Below the pieces are notes generated by a model. It made no database searches, had not been told where the DNA came from, and saw nothing but the letters and a program-made list of their open reading frames with translations. A program made the position numbers and the translations under genes. From assembly GCA_949284695.1 (NCBI GenBank), contig CASDWJ010000045.1, forward strand, positions 41,871 to 105,870: DNA of 64,000 bases, given 5' to 3'. Of the stretch, positions 9,127 through 18,487 are shown in pieces. The stretch comes from an uncultured Christensenella sp. (GTDB taxonomy: Bacteria > Bacillota > Clostridia > Christensenellales > UBA3700). How positions within the stretch are numbered: position 1 is the first letter of the stretch; every line of letters begins with the position of its first letter.

Positions 9127-10053
9127 ATCTGTAATATTATAAAATATTTATCCCCCATATGCAACAAAATAAAAAAGTTTGTGCGCGCATATTTATTTCG
9201 CATATAATTCCTGCACGCTTTTGGCTGTCGCTCCTCAAGAAAATCAAGGCGGTCGAAAATTTTTATCCGGTCACGACTGCGCCTTGAAATATGTTGATAC
9301 TAAATAATAATTGATAATAATTGATACTAATTGATTATATTTTACAAATTACGTCATTTTATTTACATTTTCACCGCTTTGCCGTTCAGTTCAACCGTCT
9401 TGTCAAATGCGGATGCTTCGGCAAAACAGCTTACGTTCATACTTTAAAAGCCAAGCAATAGATCCGCTGAGAGCGACACAGAACACACAGAACAAGCAAG
9501 CTGCGAGCAAGAACCTGCTCAAGCTGCACCTGCGCCGTAAAACGGTGTGCGAGCCGCTAAAAGACCGTCTCTGCCAAGCCATAATTTATGCACAAACAAC
9601 GGTGAATCGGGCGAGCAACCCACAATGCAAGCTACTTGCAAAGAGAACCTCTCAGACCGCATCCCCCACAATACAACAATGCGTAAACCGAGCACAGAGC
9701 GTCTCGGTGAAGCGCAAATAATCGCATGTCACGTATTATCAGGCGCGCAACCCAAAACCAAGCGACCTGCAAGCATGAGACCCGAGTAAAAAACAATAAC
9801 ACACCCCGCATACGAGAGTCACACAAAGAGAGTCGGATAAAACAGCATGGCAAAGCGATGAGCTCACAATACAAAGCAAGAGATTTCGAAGCCGCTAAAT
9901 AACCCGCAGAACAATATTGACCCGCAAAAATTACCGCTTTCTATAAGTTTATTATTCTGTATAATCATATACCCGCGCCCTTGACGCGTTGCTCGCGGTC
10001 TACGCTTTTTAGTGCAAAAATTTTACCGTTTTGTCAATATGTATGCCGTGCGT

Positions 10054-10083
10054 TTGCATTACGCGCGCAACGTGTGTTATACT
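10054..10083 (+). promoter_or_regulatory. Candidate sigma-A promoter for the GPH transporter
   Basis: -35 TTGCAT (10054-10059), an 18-nt spacer and an extended -10 TGTTATACT (10075-10083). Confidence 0.4.
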
Positions 10084-10155
10084 GTTATCGGCGCATCGCG
10101 GATACGCGATAAGATCAACGCTCCGACAGCGCCGTCGGTTGCAAAGAGGAAAAAT

Positions 10156-11709
10156 ATGGCTTCAAACAAAAAACTCTCTCTAGAAGAACGCGCAGCAAAA
10201 GAAAACTGCGACGTCAAAGACTACGTTTCCACCAAAGAGTGCATCCTGTACGGTGCGGCAGATCTTTTCGGCGGCGGTCAAGCGGCTTTTCTTTCCGTCA
10301 TACTGCTCGCGTTTTTCACCAACATTATAGGCATCGAAGCTGCGATTGCCAGCACGATCATCATGGTGTCAAAGATCTGGGACGCCGTCTCCGATCCCGC
10401 TATGGGTCTTATATCTGAAAATTCGCGCTTTAAACTCGGCAGAAGAAAACCGTTTATGATACTCGGCGGCATTCTGATACCATTCGGTCTCGCCTTCCTG
10501 TTTGCTCCGATACAGGAAATGGAGGAGCCTTCGCAGATCACGTGGATGGTTTTCGCTTACATCATTTACTGCACCATATCCACCATCTCGCAGGTGCCGT
10601 ATATGTCGATGAGCTCCGATATCTCGATGGATTACCGTCAGCGCAACAAAGCCAATACCTGGAAGCTGATCTTCGACATAATCGCGGCGGGACTTCTGTA
10701 TCTCATCCCCAGCCTTATGTGGAACAAGGTCGTCGGCGAAAACGCAACCATTTCCTACACGACGTTTTACTATATCATAGTTTTCGGTTTCGGTCTGCTG
10801 TTCGCGATACCGCTTATCGTTGCGGGTCTTACAGTCAAAGAACGTACCCCGTACAGCAACGAGAAAAAACAGAAATTCAATATCAAAGAATACTTCAAAG
10901 GGCTGACCGTAAAATCCTATATATGGCATATCCTGATGTACGTGACGGCTTTCCTGACAATGGACCTCGTCAGCGCAGTCGCGATATATTACACCGACTA
11001 TATCGGCGGCACGATCAACGGAGTGCAGGTCGACCTCGGCTTTATGAAAATGGATATGGGATCGATCATGATCATTGCGCCCATGATGGTATGCGCGGCA
11101 ATAGGTATCGTGATAGCATACGTCATCAAGGCGAAATATTCCAAACAGGCGGCATTCCGCGCAGGACTTCCGCTGTACATTATCGGAGCGATACTCCTTG
11201 CGTGCTATCAGCCTGACTGGAACCCGATCCTGATCCCCGTATTTGCGGCGATAATGGGTCTCGGCTTCGCCGGCGCACAGTCCATGCCGTGGCTCGTATT
11301 TGCCGATACTGTCGACGTGGCAGAACTCAAACTCGGTTACCGTCCCACGGCTAACATGTCGGGCGTAATGACGTTTACGCGCAAAGTCGCGACCGCACTC
11401 GGCACGGGCATGGTCGGCTGGGTACTCTCCGCCGCACACTACGTAAAACCCGTATACGACAGCGAAACAGGCAAAAGCATACTTCAGCAGCAGCCCGACA
11501 GCGTGCTCCTCGCAATAAGGCTTTTCATCGCGATATCGGTCACACTGCTTTTGTCGATAGGCTTCATCGCCTCGGTAAAATACAAGGTAACCAACAAGCG
11601 CCTCGACAGAATAAGGTATTTTGTGGAGAAACGCAAGCAAAGCGGCGAAGAAAGTTTCACCGAAGAAGAAATGACGGAGTATCTGGAACTGAAAAAGAAG
11701 CTCTGCTGA
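10156..11709 (+). CDS. Glycoside-pentoside-hexuronide (GPH):cation symporter / MFS transporter
   Basis: GPH signature WDAVSDPAMGLISENSRFKLGRRKPF and 12-TM-like hydrophobicity. ATG 10156 has an AGAGGA RBS. The ORF-track start 10012 is an upstream extension. Confidence 0.85.
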   Translation: MASNKKLSLEERAAKENCDVKDYVSTKECILYGAADLFGGGQAAFLSVILLAFFTNIIGIEAAIASTIIMVSKIWDAVSDPAMGLISENSRFKLGRRKPFMILGGILIPFGLAFLFAPIQEMEEPSQITWMVFAYIIYCTISTISQVPYMSMSSDISMDYRQRNKANTWKLIFDIIAAGLLYLIPSLMWNKVVGENATISYTTFYYIIVFGFGLLFAIPLIVAGLTVKERTPYSNEKKQKFNIKEYFKGLTVKSYIWHILMYVTAFLTMDLVSAVAIYYTDYIGGTINGVQVDLGFMKMDMGSIMIIAPMMVCAAIGIVIAYVIKAKYSKQAAFRAGLPLYIIGAILLACYQPDWNPILIPVFAAIMGLGFAGAQSMPWLVFADTVDVAELKLGYRPTANMSGVMTFTRKVATALGTGMVGWVLSAAHYVKPVYDSETGKSILQQQPDSVLLAIRLFIAISVTLLLSIGFIASVKYKVTNKRLDRIRYFVEKRKQSGEESFTEEEMTEYLELKKKLC

Positions 11710-11734
11710 TCTCTGACAGTTTGCCGAATATTCA

Positions 11735-11767
11735 AAAAATCCGCGGTTTTTCCGCGGATTTTCTTTT
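11735..11767 (+). terminator. Rho-independent terminator of the GPH transporter gene
   Basis: Stem atccgcgg/ccgcggat (11739-11746 and 11752-11759), followed by a T-run. Confidence 0.85.
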
Positions 11768-12025
11768 CCCTGTCGACTTGTGGTTTTTTGTTCAAATAAT
11801 TTATATTCTTTCAGCAATCGTCGAAAAGGTCTTTTATATTTGTCTCGTCTGCCCGTTTTTGCCGTCCTTATCGACGTACACTGCCGCACAGACAATCAAA
11901 ACGCCACGCAAAACAGGCACATCTGCTGTCATCTCGCATTATTTGTCGGCAAGCGCACACAACTTAGCACGTTGCAATGCGATAAGCAAATCGTTAAGAT
12001 AAAACTGTATCTAAGAATTTCGGAC

Positions 12026-12056
12026 AAAAAAAGCGGACTGAAGTCCGCAAATTTTT
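12026..12056. terminator. Bidirectional terminator hairpin (serves ruvC on the minus strand)
   Basis: Stem gcggac/gtccgc (12033-12038 and 12043-12048), flanked by an A-run upstream and a T-run downstream. Confidence 0.75.
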
Positions 12057-12076
12057 AATTTATCAAAAAGTGTCTT

Positions 12077-12568
12077 TCAGATCGAGAACAATCCCCCGAG
12101 CCTTGCCGCCTGCGCGTGCGTGAGAGCTACGGCAAGCGCGTCAGCCGCGTCGTCGGGTCTGGGAACGGATTTCAGCCTCAGCATACGCGTGACCATATAC
12201 TGCATCTGCTTTTTGTCCGCCTTGCCATAACCCGTTATCGCCTGCTTTATCTGCATCGGAGTGTACTCGTAAAGTCTGCCGCACCTGTCGGAACACGCGA
12301 GAAGGATCACGCCTCTCGCCTGCGCGACGTTGATGCCCGTCGTGATGTTCTTGGTAAAAAACAGTTCTTCGAGCGCAACGCAGTCGGGATTGTATTTGTC
12401 GAAAAGCGCGTTGATGCCGTCGTATATCATGTGAAGCCGCGCAGGCACTTTCTCTGTTTTGGGCGTTTCTATCACGCCGTAATCGACGGCTGTCACGTTG
12501 CCCTTTTCGCTGTTCACGATCCCGTAACCTACGATAGCAAGCCCCGGGTCGATGCCCATGATTATCAT
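12077..12568 (-). CDS. ruvC: Crossover junction endodeoxyribonuclease RuvC
   Basis: MIIMGIDPGLAIVGYG... is a typical RuvC N-terminus. The start at 12568 forms an ATGA overlap with the proA stop. The ORF-track start 12733 is a spurious extension. Confidence 0.9.
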   Translation of the reverse strand: MIIMGIDPGLAIVGYGIVNSEKGNVTAVDYGVIETPKTEKVPARLHMIYDGINALFDKYNPDCVALEELFFTKNITTGINVAQARGVILLACSDRCGRLYEYTPMQIKQAITGYGKADKKQMQYMVTRMLRLKSVPRPDDAADALAVALTHAQAARLGGLFSI

Positions 12569-13809
12569 TTGCGGACCTGTCCGTTGCCGCGCACGACGTA
12601 TTTTTCGCTGGTGAGCTGTTTGAGACCGAGAGGACCTCTGGCGTGCAGTTTCTGCGTGGAAATGCCTATCTCCGCGCCGAAGCCGAACTCGAAGCCGTCG
12701 GTAAATCTCGTGCTTGCGTTGATATAAACGCACGCGCTGTCGACTTTTGCCGCAAAGTATTCTGCCGCTTTGTCGTCTTTCGTCAGTATGCCGTCGCTGT
12801 GGCAGGTGCTGTGAGAATTGACTCTTTCGACCGCCTCCTCTACGCCGTCGACGATATATACCGTCAGCACCTTATCGCCGTGTTCTTTAAAATATTCGTC
12901 CTCGTCGCAAGGCACGATATAATCGCAATAAGAACGAGCTTCTTCGCTGCCGTTGACAATGCACCCCTCACGCTTGAGTATATCGCAAACGAGCGGTAAA
13001 AACTCCTTTGCGACGCTTCTGTCGACGAGAAGCTGTTCCAGCGCGTTGCAGGTCGAAGGACGGCTGAGTTTCGCGTTGGCGACCACAGCCGCGGACGTTG
13101 CGAGATCGGCGGTCTTTTCGACGTAAAGGTGACAATTGCCGCCCGCGCTCGCTATAACCGGCATAAGAGCGTTTTCAAGCACGAACTTCTTGAGTCCGTC
13201 GCCGCCGCGCGGAATGACCACGTCGATATATTTGCTCTGCTTGAGCATCGCAAGCGAGCCGTCTCTCGTCACGTCGTCGACAAAGGCGACGATATCGCGG
13301 CTTATCACGCCGCTCTTTTCTATCGCGTCGGCAATAATTCGCGCGAGTATGCGGTTGCTGTTGATCGCCTCTTTGCCGCCTCTGAGTACCACGCAGTTGC
13401 CAGACTTTATGCAGAGCGCCGCAACGTCCGCCGTAACATTGGGGCGGGACTCATAGATCACGCCGATAACGCCGAGAGGCACGCGCACTTTGCTTATTTC
13501 AAGACCGTTGGGTCTCGTCCAGGTCTCTGTGACTTCGCCCACGGGATCGTCGAGTTTCGCCACGTCCCTGACTCCTTCGCAAATAGCCGCGATACGCGCG
13601 TCGTTGAGCCTGAGCCTGTCTTTCATCGCCTCGCTGAGAGCGCTCGCCGCGGCGATATCCTTTGCGTTTTCTTCGAGAATTTGCGCCTTCTTTGCCTCTA
13701 TCTCGTCCGCAATTGCAAGAAGTATGCGGTTTTTATCGTCCGCAGACAGAGTCGCAAGCTCGTAGCTCGCCTTTTTTGCAAGCGCACATATTTTTTCGAT
13801 GTCGACCAT
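12565..13809 (-). CDS. proA: Glutamate-5-semialdehyde dehydrogenase (gamma-glutamyl phosphate reductase)
   Basis: A 414-aa aldehyde-dehydrogenase-fold protein with ProA-type sequence (VIYESRPNVT, CNALEQLLV). Confidence 0.9.
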   Translation of the reverse strand: MVDIEKICALAKKASYELATLSADDKNRILLAIADEIEAKKAQILEENAKDIAAASALSEAMKDRLRLNDARIAAICEGVRDVAKLDDPVGEVTETWTRPNGLEISKVRVPLGVIGVIYESRPNVTADVAALCIKSGNCVVLRGGKEAINSNRILARIIADAIEKSGVISRDIVAFVDDVTRDGSLAMLKQSKYIDVVIPRGGDGLKKFVLENALMPVIASAGGNCHLYVEKTADLATSAAVVANAKLSRPSTCNALEQLLVDRSVAKEFLPLVCDILKREGCIVNGSEEARSYCDYIVPCDEDEYFKEHGDKVLTVYIVDGVEEAVERVNSHSTCHSDGILTKDDKAAEYFAAKVDSACVYINASTRFTDGFEFGFGAEIGISTQKLHARGPLGLKQLTSEKYVVRGNGQVRK

Positions 13810-13853
13810 GATACACCTCCGATATCAGCGTAAAACCGCAATATCTTTTATTA

Positions 13854-14597
13854 TTATTCTTCTTCCTCTTCTTCGGTGAGTTCTGCGTTGTGATAGACGT
13901 CCTGAACGTCGTCGTTCTCCTCGAGCATATCGAGAAGTCTCCTGACCTTGACTTCGGTCTCTGCGTCGACCTTGACCGTATTGGACGGGATCATGGTCAG
14001 CTCCGCAGAAAGTACGACGAGAGACTTGTTGCCCTCGATCGCCTGCTTAACGCTCTCAAAATCCGCGACCTGAGTGTATATCTCGTATACGTCCTCGTCG
14101 GTCACGACGTCGTCAGCACCCGCTTCGAGCGCGATCTCCATCATACTGTCCTCGTCCACGTCTCCCTTTTCAACGACGATGACTCCCTTCTTGTCGAACA
14201 TATAGCTGACGCAACCGGTCGTGCCGAGGTTGCCGCCGCACTTGTCGAAGTGATGACGCACGTCGCTTGCGGTGCGGTTCTTGTTGTCGGTAAGCGTTCT
14301 GACGATGACCGCTACGCCGCCCGCCGCGTATCCTTCGTAGGTGATCTCCTCATAATTGACCGCATTGAGGTCGCCGCTCGCCTTTTTGATGCCTCTGACG
14401 ATGTTGTCGTTGGGCATATTGTTTGCCTTAGCCTTTGCGATGACGTCGCGCAGTTTTGAGTTGATATTGGGATCGGGACCGCCGGCTTTTACCGCGACCG
14501 CGATCTCCCTGCCTATCTTAGTAAACACGTTGGCACGCTTAGCGTCCGCCGCACCTTTTTTATTCTTGATATTTGCCCATTTGCTGTGACCGGACAT
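13854..14597 (-). CDS. yebC: YebC/PmpR family DNA-binding transcriptional regulator
   Basis: [21 protein letters not shown] is the family's hallmark N-terminus. ATG 14597 has a GGAGG RBS. Confidence 0.9.
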   Translation of the reverse strand: MSGHSKWANIKNKKGAADAKRANVFTKIGREIAVAVKAGGPDPNINSKLRDVIAKAKANNMPNDNIVRGIKKASGDLNAVNYEEITYEGYAAGGVAVIVRTLTDNKNRTASDVRHHFDKCGGNLGTTGCVSYMFDKKGVIVVEKGDVDEDSMMEIALEAGADDVVTDEDVYEIYTQVADFESVKQAIEGNKSLVVLSAELTMIPSNTVKVDAETEVKVRRLLDMLEENDDVQDVYHNAELTEEEEEE

Positions 14598-15018
14598 AGG
14601 AATACCTCCGAAAACTGTAATTAACTCTATTATTTTATACCAAAATGCGCGCAAAAGCAAGGAAGCGCGCGCAATTATTGTATTTTATGAGCGCCGCCGC
14701 GACGAAGCCCCGCTAAAAAGCGGATCCGTCCTTCGTTGACGACGCGCGACCCGCCGTAAACCGACAAAAGAAAGCGGCGCAGCACCGCAAGACGTAAGCT
14801 GTAGTAATTCTTGCATAGCAACGCCATTCTTGTCATACGATACGTCCTTATCCGCTAAAATACCTCGGCGGTTATAACAAAGAGACATATCTTATAGTGA
14901 TATATTAGCACCGTTTGCGACGTTTGTCAATACCCGACGGTAAAATCTGTGCAGAATTCCGCAGATTTGTACGGAATATTCCGTTATCGCGTTCTGCGGC
15001 AGCGGCATGCCAAAAGTT

Positions 15019-15786
15019 TTATTTCTGAAACACGAACGTATACAACGCTATACTCGTCGCTACTGCGGCGTTGAGCGACTCCATGCCCTCTTTCATCGGG
15101 AGAGCGAGTATCTTGTCCGCTCTTTGTCTGAAGAACTGCGAAACGCCGTGAGCCTCGTTACCGGTGACGAGCGCGAAAGGTTTTGCCTTGTCTATCACGG
15201 CTTCGTAAACGTTCTCGCCGCCCATATCGAGCGCATACACGTTGTGATCGGCAAGCAGAGCGCCCGCCTCGTCACCGCCCGCGACCGTCACGATATTGAC
15301 AGAAAACACGCCGCCCATAGAGCCGCGCACCACCTTGCCCGCAGTCCAGTCAGTGCAATTTACCGCAAGTATCTGAGTTATGCCGCAAGCAACGCATGTC
15401 CTGACAATAGTGCCGAAATTGCCGGGATCTGAAATACCGTCGAGCACGACTACGTCCTCTTTTGACACTCGTCTGTCGGGCGGCATGGCGACGACGGCAA
15501 CTATCCCCGCGGGGGTCGTGGTGTCGCTTATCTGTTGCATGCATTTGTCGGACACCTCGTAGACCTTAGTACGCGTGCCCTCGAATCTCGTCAGAATATC
15601 TGAAAATTGCCTCGCCTTGTCCTGCGACACGATTATGCTCTCAACTATTACGTCTTCAGGCAGATCGCGGACGATGTTCGCGCCCTCGGCAAGCAGTTTG
15701 CCCTCTTTATAGCGTGCTTCTTTATCTTTAAGCGATCTGAAATATTTGATTTTCGCGTTCGCAACGCTCGTGATCGTCTCTCTCAT
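15019..15786 (-). CDS. TrmH/SpoU family RNA 2'-O-methyltransferase
   Basis: SpoU motifs are present (DGISDPGNFGTIVRT, GNEAHGVS, LPMKEGMESLNAAVA). Confidence 0.85.
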   Translation of the reverse strand: MRETITSVANAKIKYFRSLKDKEARYKEGKLLAEGANIVRDLPEDVIVESIIVSQDKARQFSDILTRFEGTRTKVYEVSDKCMQQISDTTTPAGIVAVVAMPPDRRVSKEDVVVLDGISDPGNFGTIVRTCVACGITQILAVNCTDWTAGKVVRGSMGGVFSVNIVTVAGGDEAGALLADHNVYALDMGGENVYEAVIDKAKPFALVTGNEAHGVSQFFRQRADKILALPMKEGMESLNAAVATSIALYTFVFQK

Positions 15787-15888
15787 AACTTCATTTTAAC
15801 ATAATGCCAACGGATTTTCAATAAGCAATTACACAAACCCGCACTTTTACGCAGAGCCGCGTTTTCGCGGGATCCTGCCCGTTGTGCG

Positions 15889-15919
15889 CAAAAAATATCC
15901 GCCCCGTTTTCGGGACGGA
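15889..15919 (-). terminator. Rho-independent terminator after rplT
   Basis: Minus strand reads tccgtcccg-aaaa-cggggcgga followed by atatttttt. Confidence 0.7.
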
Positions 15920-15940
15920 CGTGTTGTCGTTATACGGCGA

Positions 15941-16285
15941 TTAAGCCTTTGCCTTTTCGCAGAGTGCGGTGAAAGCCGCGCTGTCGTTTACCGCGATATC
16001 CGCGAGCACCTTTCTGTTGAGGTTGATGCCCTGCTTCTTGAGACCGCTCATGAATCTGCTGTAAGAAAGACCGTTCATTCTCGCCGCCGCGTTGATACGT
16101 GCGATCCACAGCTGACGGAACTGTCTCTTCTTGTTCTTTCTGCCGACGTACGCATAGTTCTGCGACTTCATTACGGCTTCGCGAGCGATTCTATAGAGTT
16201 TGGACTTAGCGCCCCAGTAACCCTTTGCTGCCTTCAATATCTTTCTGCGTTTCTTTACTGCGTTTACGCCTCTTTTGATTCTCAT
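15941..16285 (-). CDS. rplT: 50S ribosomal protein L20
   Basis: [25 protein letters not shown]... is canonical L20. Confidence 0.97.
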   Translation of the reverse strand: MRIKRGVNAVKKRRKILKAAKGYWGAKSKLYRIAREAVMKSQNYAYVGRKNKKRQFRQLWIARINAAARMNGLSYSRFMSGLKKQGINLNRKVLADIAVNDSAAFTALCEKAKA

Positions 16286-16301
16286 ATTCTTATACCTCCG
16301 A

Positions 16302-16490
16302 TTAGATCATGCCCTTTATCGTTTTCGCCTGGGTCTGGTCGACGAACGCCGCCTTTCTCAGACCGCGCTTTCTCTTGGGCGATTTTTTGCTAAGAATATG
16401 TCTGCGGTTCATCTTAGCTCTTTTGATTTTGCCGCTACCGGTCAGCGAAAAACGCTTTTTCGCGCCGCTATGTGATTTTTGTTTTGGCAT
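16302..16490 (-). CDS. rpmI: 50S ribosomal protein L35
   Basis: [24 protein letters not shown]... is canonical L35. ATG 16490 has a GGAGG RBS. Confidence 0.95.
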   Translation of the reverse strand: MPKQKSHSGAKKRFSLTGSGKIKRAKMNRRHILSKKSPKRKRGLRKAAFVDQTQAKTIKGMI

Positions 16491-16517
16491 TTTCCTGTCC
16501 TCCAAAAATTATTTCGA

Positions 16518-17030
16518 TTATTTTTTCGCGATGGGTATGAGCAGCATTGCGACCACTCTGCCTTCCGTTGTCGGGGGCTTATCCATCTGTGCGTTTTCTT
16601 TGACAAGCTCAAAGAAATCGGTCATTACTTTGAGCGCAAGTTCGGGCCTCGCCTGCTGTCTGCCTTTGAGTCTGATCGACGCTCTGACTCTGTTGCCTTC
16701 GCTTAAGAACTTGTTTGCCTGCTTTGCCTTGGTGTTGAGGTCTCCGACGTCGATCGTCGCGCTCAGCCAAACCTCTTTGACTTCGACGATCTTCTGATTT
16801 TTTCTGTTCTCTTTCTCGCGCTTGGTCGTTTCGTAACGGTATTTGCCGTAGTCCATGATCTTGCATACGGGCGGTTTCGCCGTCGGCGAAATGAGTACGA
16901 GATCGAGATTGCGCTGGTCGGCTATCGCGTTCGCCTCTCTCGACGACATGATGCCGAGCTGAGTGCCGTCCGTGTCGAGAAGCCTGACCTCTCTTTCTCT
17001 GATGTCGGAATTGATAAGCAGTTCTTTGAT
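16518..17030 (-). CDS. infC: Translation initiation factor IF-3, probable non-AUG (ATC) start
   Basis: The ORF track begins at an internal Met. Extending the frame upstream gives IKELLINSDIREREVRLLDTDGTQLGIMSS, a typical IF-3 N-terminus. An AGGAGG RBS lies 8 nt before ATC at 17030. No in-frame ATG, GTG or TTG is available there. Confidence 0.8.
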   Translation of the reverse strand: MKELLINSDIREREVRLLDTDGTQLGIMSSREANAIADQRNLDLVLISPTAKPPVCKIMDYGKYRYETTKREKENRKNQKIVEVKEVWLSATIDVGDLNTKAKQANKFLSEGNRVRASIRLKGRQQARPELALKVMTDFFELVKENAQMDKPPTTEGRVVAMLLIPIAKK

Positions 17031-17045
17031 AAGCGTGCCCTCCTG

Positions 17046-17083
17046 AAAAAAATAGTGGGTAACAAAACATAGTCGTTACCCAC
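17046..17083 (-). terminator. Intrinsic terminator hairpin immediately upstream of the infC RBS (thiT terminator and/or L20-leader-type attenuator)
   Basis: Minus strand reads gtgggtaac-(11 nt loop)-gttacccac followed by tattttttt, then cAGGAGG. Confidence 0.6.
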
Positions 17084-17267
17084 AATAAAACTGCAATCAA
17101 TTTTATTAACCGCGTCTGACCAAAGGCGACGGGTGAGAACAAGTCTGCTTTGTTACGGTAATATATTACCTTAAACGCCCGACGATGTCAACGGTTTTTC
17201 AGCGGTTTTTATTAAATTTTTCGCTTTTGCGGCATATTTACGTCGCCGCATCCTTTCGGCTTTGACG

Positions 17268-18257
17268 TCAGGCGTTGTCGGTCGCCGCGTCGTTATCGGA
17301 TTTTGCGCTTGCCTTCTTCACTCCCGCCTCGTACGCGTTGATAACGCCGTATATCTGCTTGCGGAAATATGCGCTCATCATTATCAGGAACGCGCCGACC
17401 ACGCTGATCGCTCCGTCCGGGAACACGTACAGCGCGTTGTAGGTGAAAGAATAAGTCCAGGCATTGCCGAAGCCGTAATCAGCCGCGTACTCTCCGAAGA
17501 ATACCGCGCCCGAGATCACATGGCAGAAGTATCTGAAACAAATACCCGCGAGAATGCCGAGAGAAAGCGCAACTCCGTCTCTGAACCTGTCGGGAATAGC
17601 GGAAATCTTTGCAAACAACTTTCTGAACAGACCGCCGCAAAGTCCCACCATCGCAAACGCGAGCGGATAATCGAGTATGTACTGCACGGGGTGAACGATC
17701 CAAGGATCCTGCACGGATTGCAGCAGACCGTAGATAAAACCGCACATAACGCCTTTTCTTATGCCGAACATATAGGAATAAAGAGCTATCGGAAGAAGCG
17801 AAAAGAGGGTTATCGACCCGCCGTAAGGCGCCTTGAACAGTCTGATATAAGAGAGTCCGAAAGCGAGCGCTATGCAGACCGCCGCATATACGATAGAGGT
17901 CGTATGCGCTCTGCCCGTGTGCTTCCTGGTATCGATCATCATAAACACGACGAAAAGTCCGATAACGAATATCGCAAACAGCGCAATCAGCAATATCTGA
18001 TACTTTTCGGTGTACGTCTCGCCCGATTTGAAATCGAGCACGACGTTGACGATCGCCACCACAACCGCATAGAGAAGCGCAACGCCTGTGCAGACGAGCG
18101 AAGCGATCTTCATCTTGTCGCGCTTGAGGAAAAACGTCAGCGCAAGCGCAACGATGATGACGCCCAGCAGGATAAGACCCACGCAGAGCGACGTGCCGCG
18201 GAAATCGTTGAAATTGAAATAATTTTCGTAATCCGCGCTCAACAGATAATTGAACAT
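17268..18257 (-). CDS. thiT: ECF-type thiamine transporter S-component ThiT with a ~125-aa N-terminal membrane extension
   Basis: The C-terminal ~200 aa are ThiT-like (PYGGSITL, GIRKG, HPVQYILDYPLAFAMVG). A TPP riboswitch lies directly upstream. Confidence 0.75.
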   Translation of the reverse strand: MFNYLLSADYENYFNFNDFRGTSLCVGLILLGVIIVALALTFFLKRDKMKIASLVCTGVALLYAVVVAIVNVVLDFKSGETYTEKYQILLIALFAIFVIGLFVVFMMIDTRKHTGRAHTTSIVYAAVCIALAFGLSYIRLFKAPYGGSITLFSLLPIALYSYMFGIRKGVMCGFIYGLLQSVQDPWIVHPVQYILDYPLAFAMVGLCGGLFRKLFAKISAIPDRFRDGVALSLGILAGICFRYFCHVISGAVFFGEYAADYGFGNAWTYSFTYNALYVFPDGAISVVGAFLIMMSAYFRKQIYGVINAYEAGVKKASAKSDNDAATDNA

Positions 18258-18299
18258 AAAAAAACTCCTTAAGCTAAGGAGAACTCGAAAATACCTGAA

Positions 18300-18383
18300 A
18301 GATTTTTGCTTCCTTTCGCAAGTATTAACTTGACCAAGTTCAAAGGGTATTTCTCAGCCGATCTTATCAGCACCCCTAGCTTT
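18300..18383 (-). promoter_or_regulatory. TPP (THI-box) riboswitch
   Basis: Minus strand reads CUAGGGGUGCUGAUAAGAUCGGCUGAGAAAUACCCUUUGAACUUGGUCAAGUUAAUACUUGCGAAAGGAAGC, matching the conserved GGGGUGC...CUGAGA...ACCCUUUGAAC...UAAUAC...GGAA core. The downstream hairpin CUCCUUA-GCU-UAAGGAG (18266-18282) sequesters the thiT SD. Confidence 0.9.
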
Positions 18384-18389
18384 GACTTT

Positions 18390-18418
18390 ATTATAGTCAC
18401 GCGCGCGCAGATTGTCAA
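18390..18418 (-). promoter_or_regulatory. Consensus sigma-A promoter for riboswitch-thiT
   Basis: -35 TTGACA (18418-18413), a 17-nt spacer and -10 TATAAT (18395-18390), about 10 nt before the riboswitch. Confidence 0.75.
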
Positions 18419-18487
18419 TTGTTTGGCAACGCAAAAATCGACATTTTGCGCCGCCGTATATGTTCCGCTGTTTTAACCCCTTGCAAG

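Noticed and set aside
9407-9874. Three track ORFs (104, 80 and 80 aa) in the long intergenic gap.
   Set aside because: The translations are low-complexity (Q/K/R/T/N or C/L/R-rich). They have no RBS and overlap one another in a compositionally skewed region, so they are probably non-coding.
10369-11895. A 508-aa minus-strand ORF.
   Set aside because: It is antisense to the GPH transporter. The plus-strand gene has the family signature and a clean RBS and terminator, while the antisense product is R/H/Y-rich nonsense.
14685-14888. A 67-aa minus-strand ORF between yebC and the trmH-family gene.
   Set aside because: It has no RBS, an Arg/Ser-rich low-complexity product and no motif. It sits in what is more likely the promoter/leader of the yebC operon.
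17262-18272. A 336-aa plus-strand ORF.
   Set aside because: It is antisense to thiT. The TPP riboswitch and promoter are oriented for the minus-strand gene.
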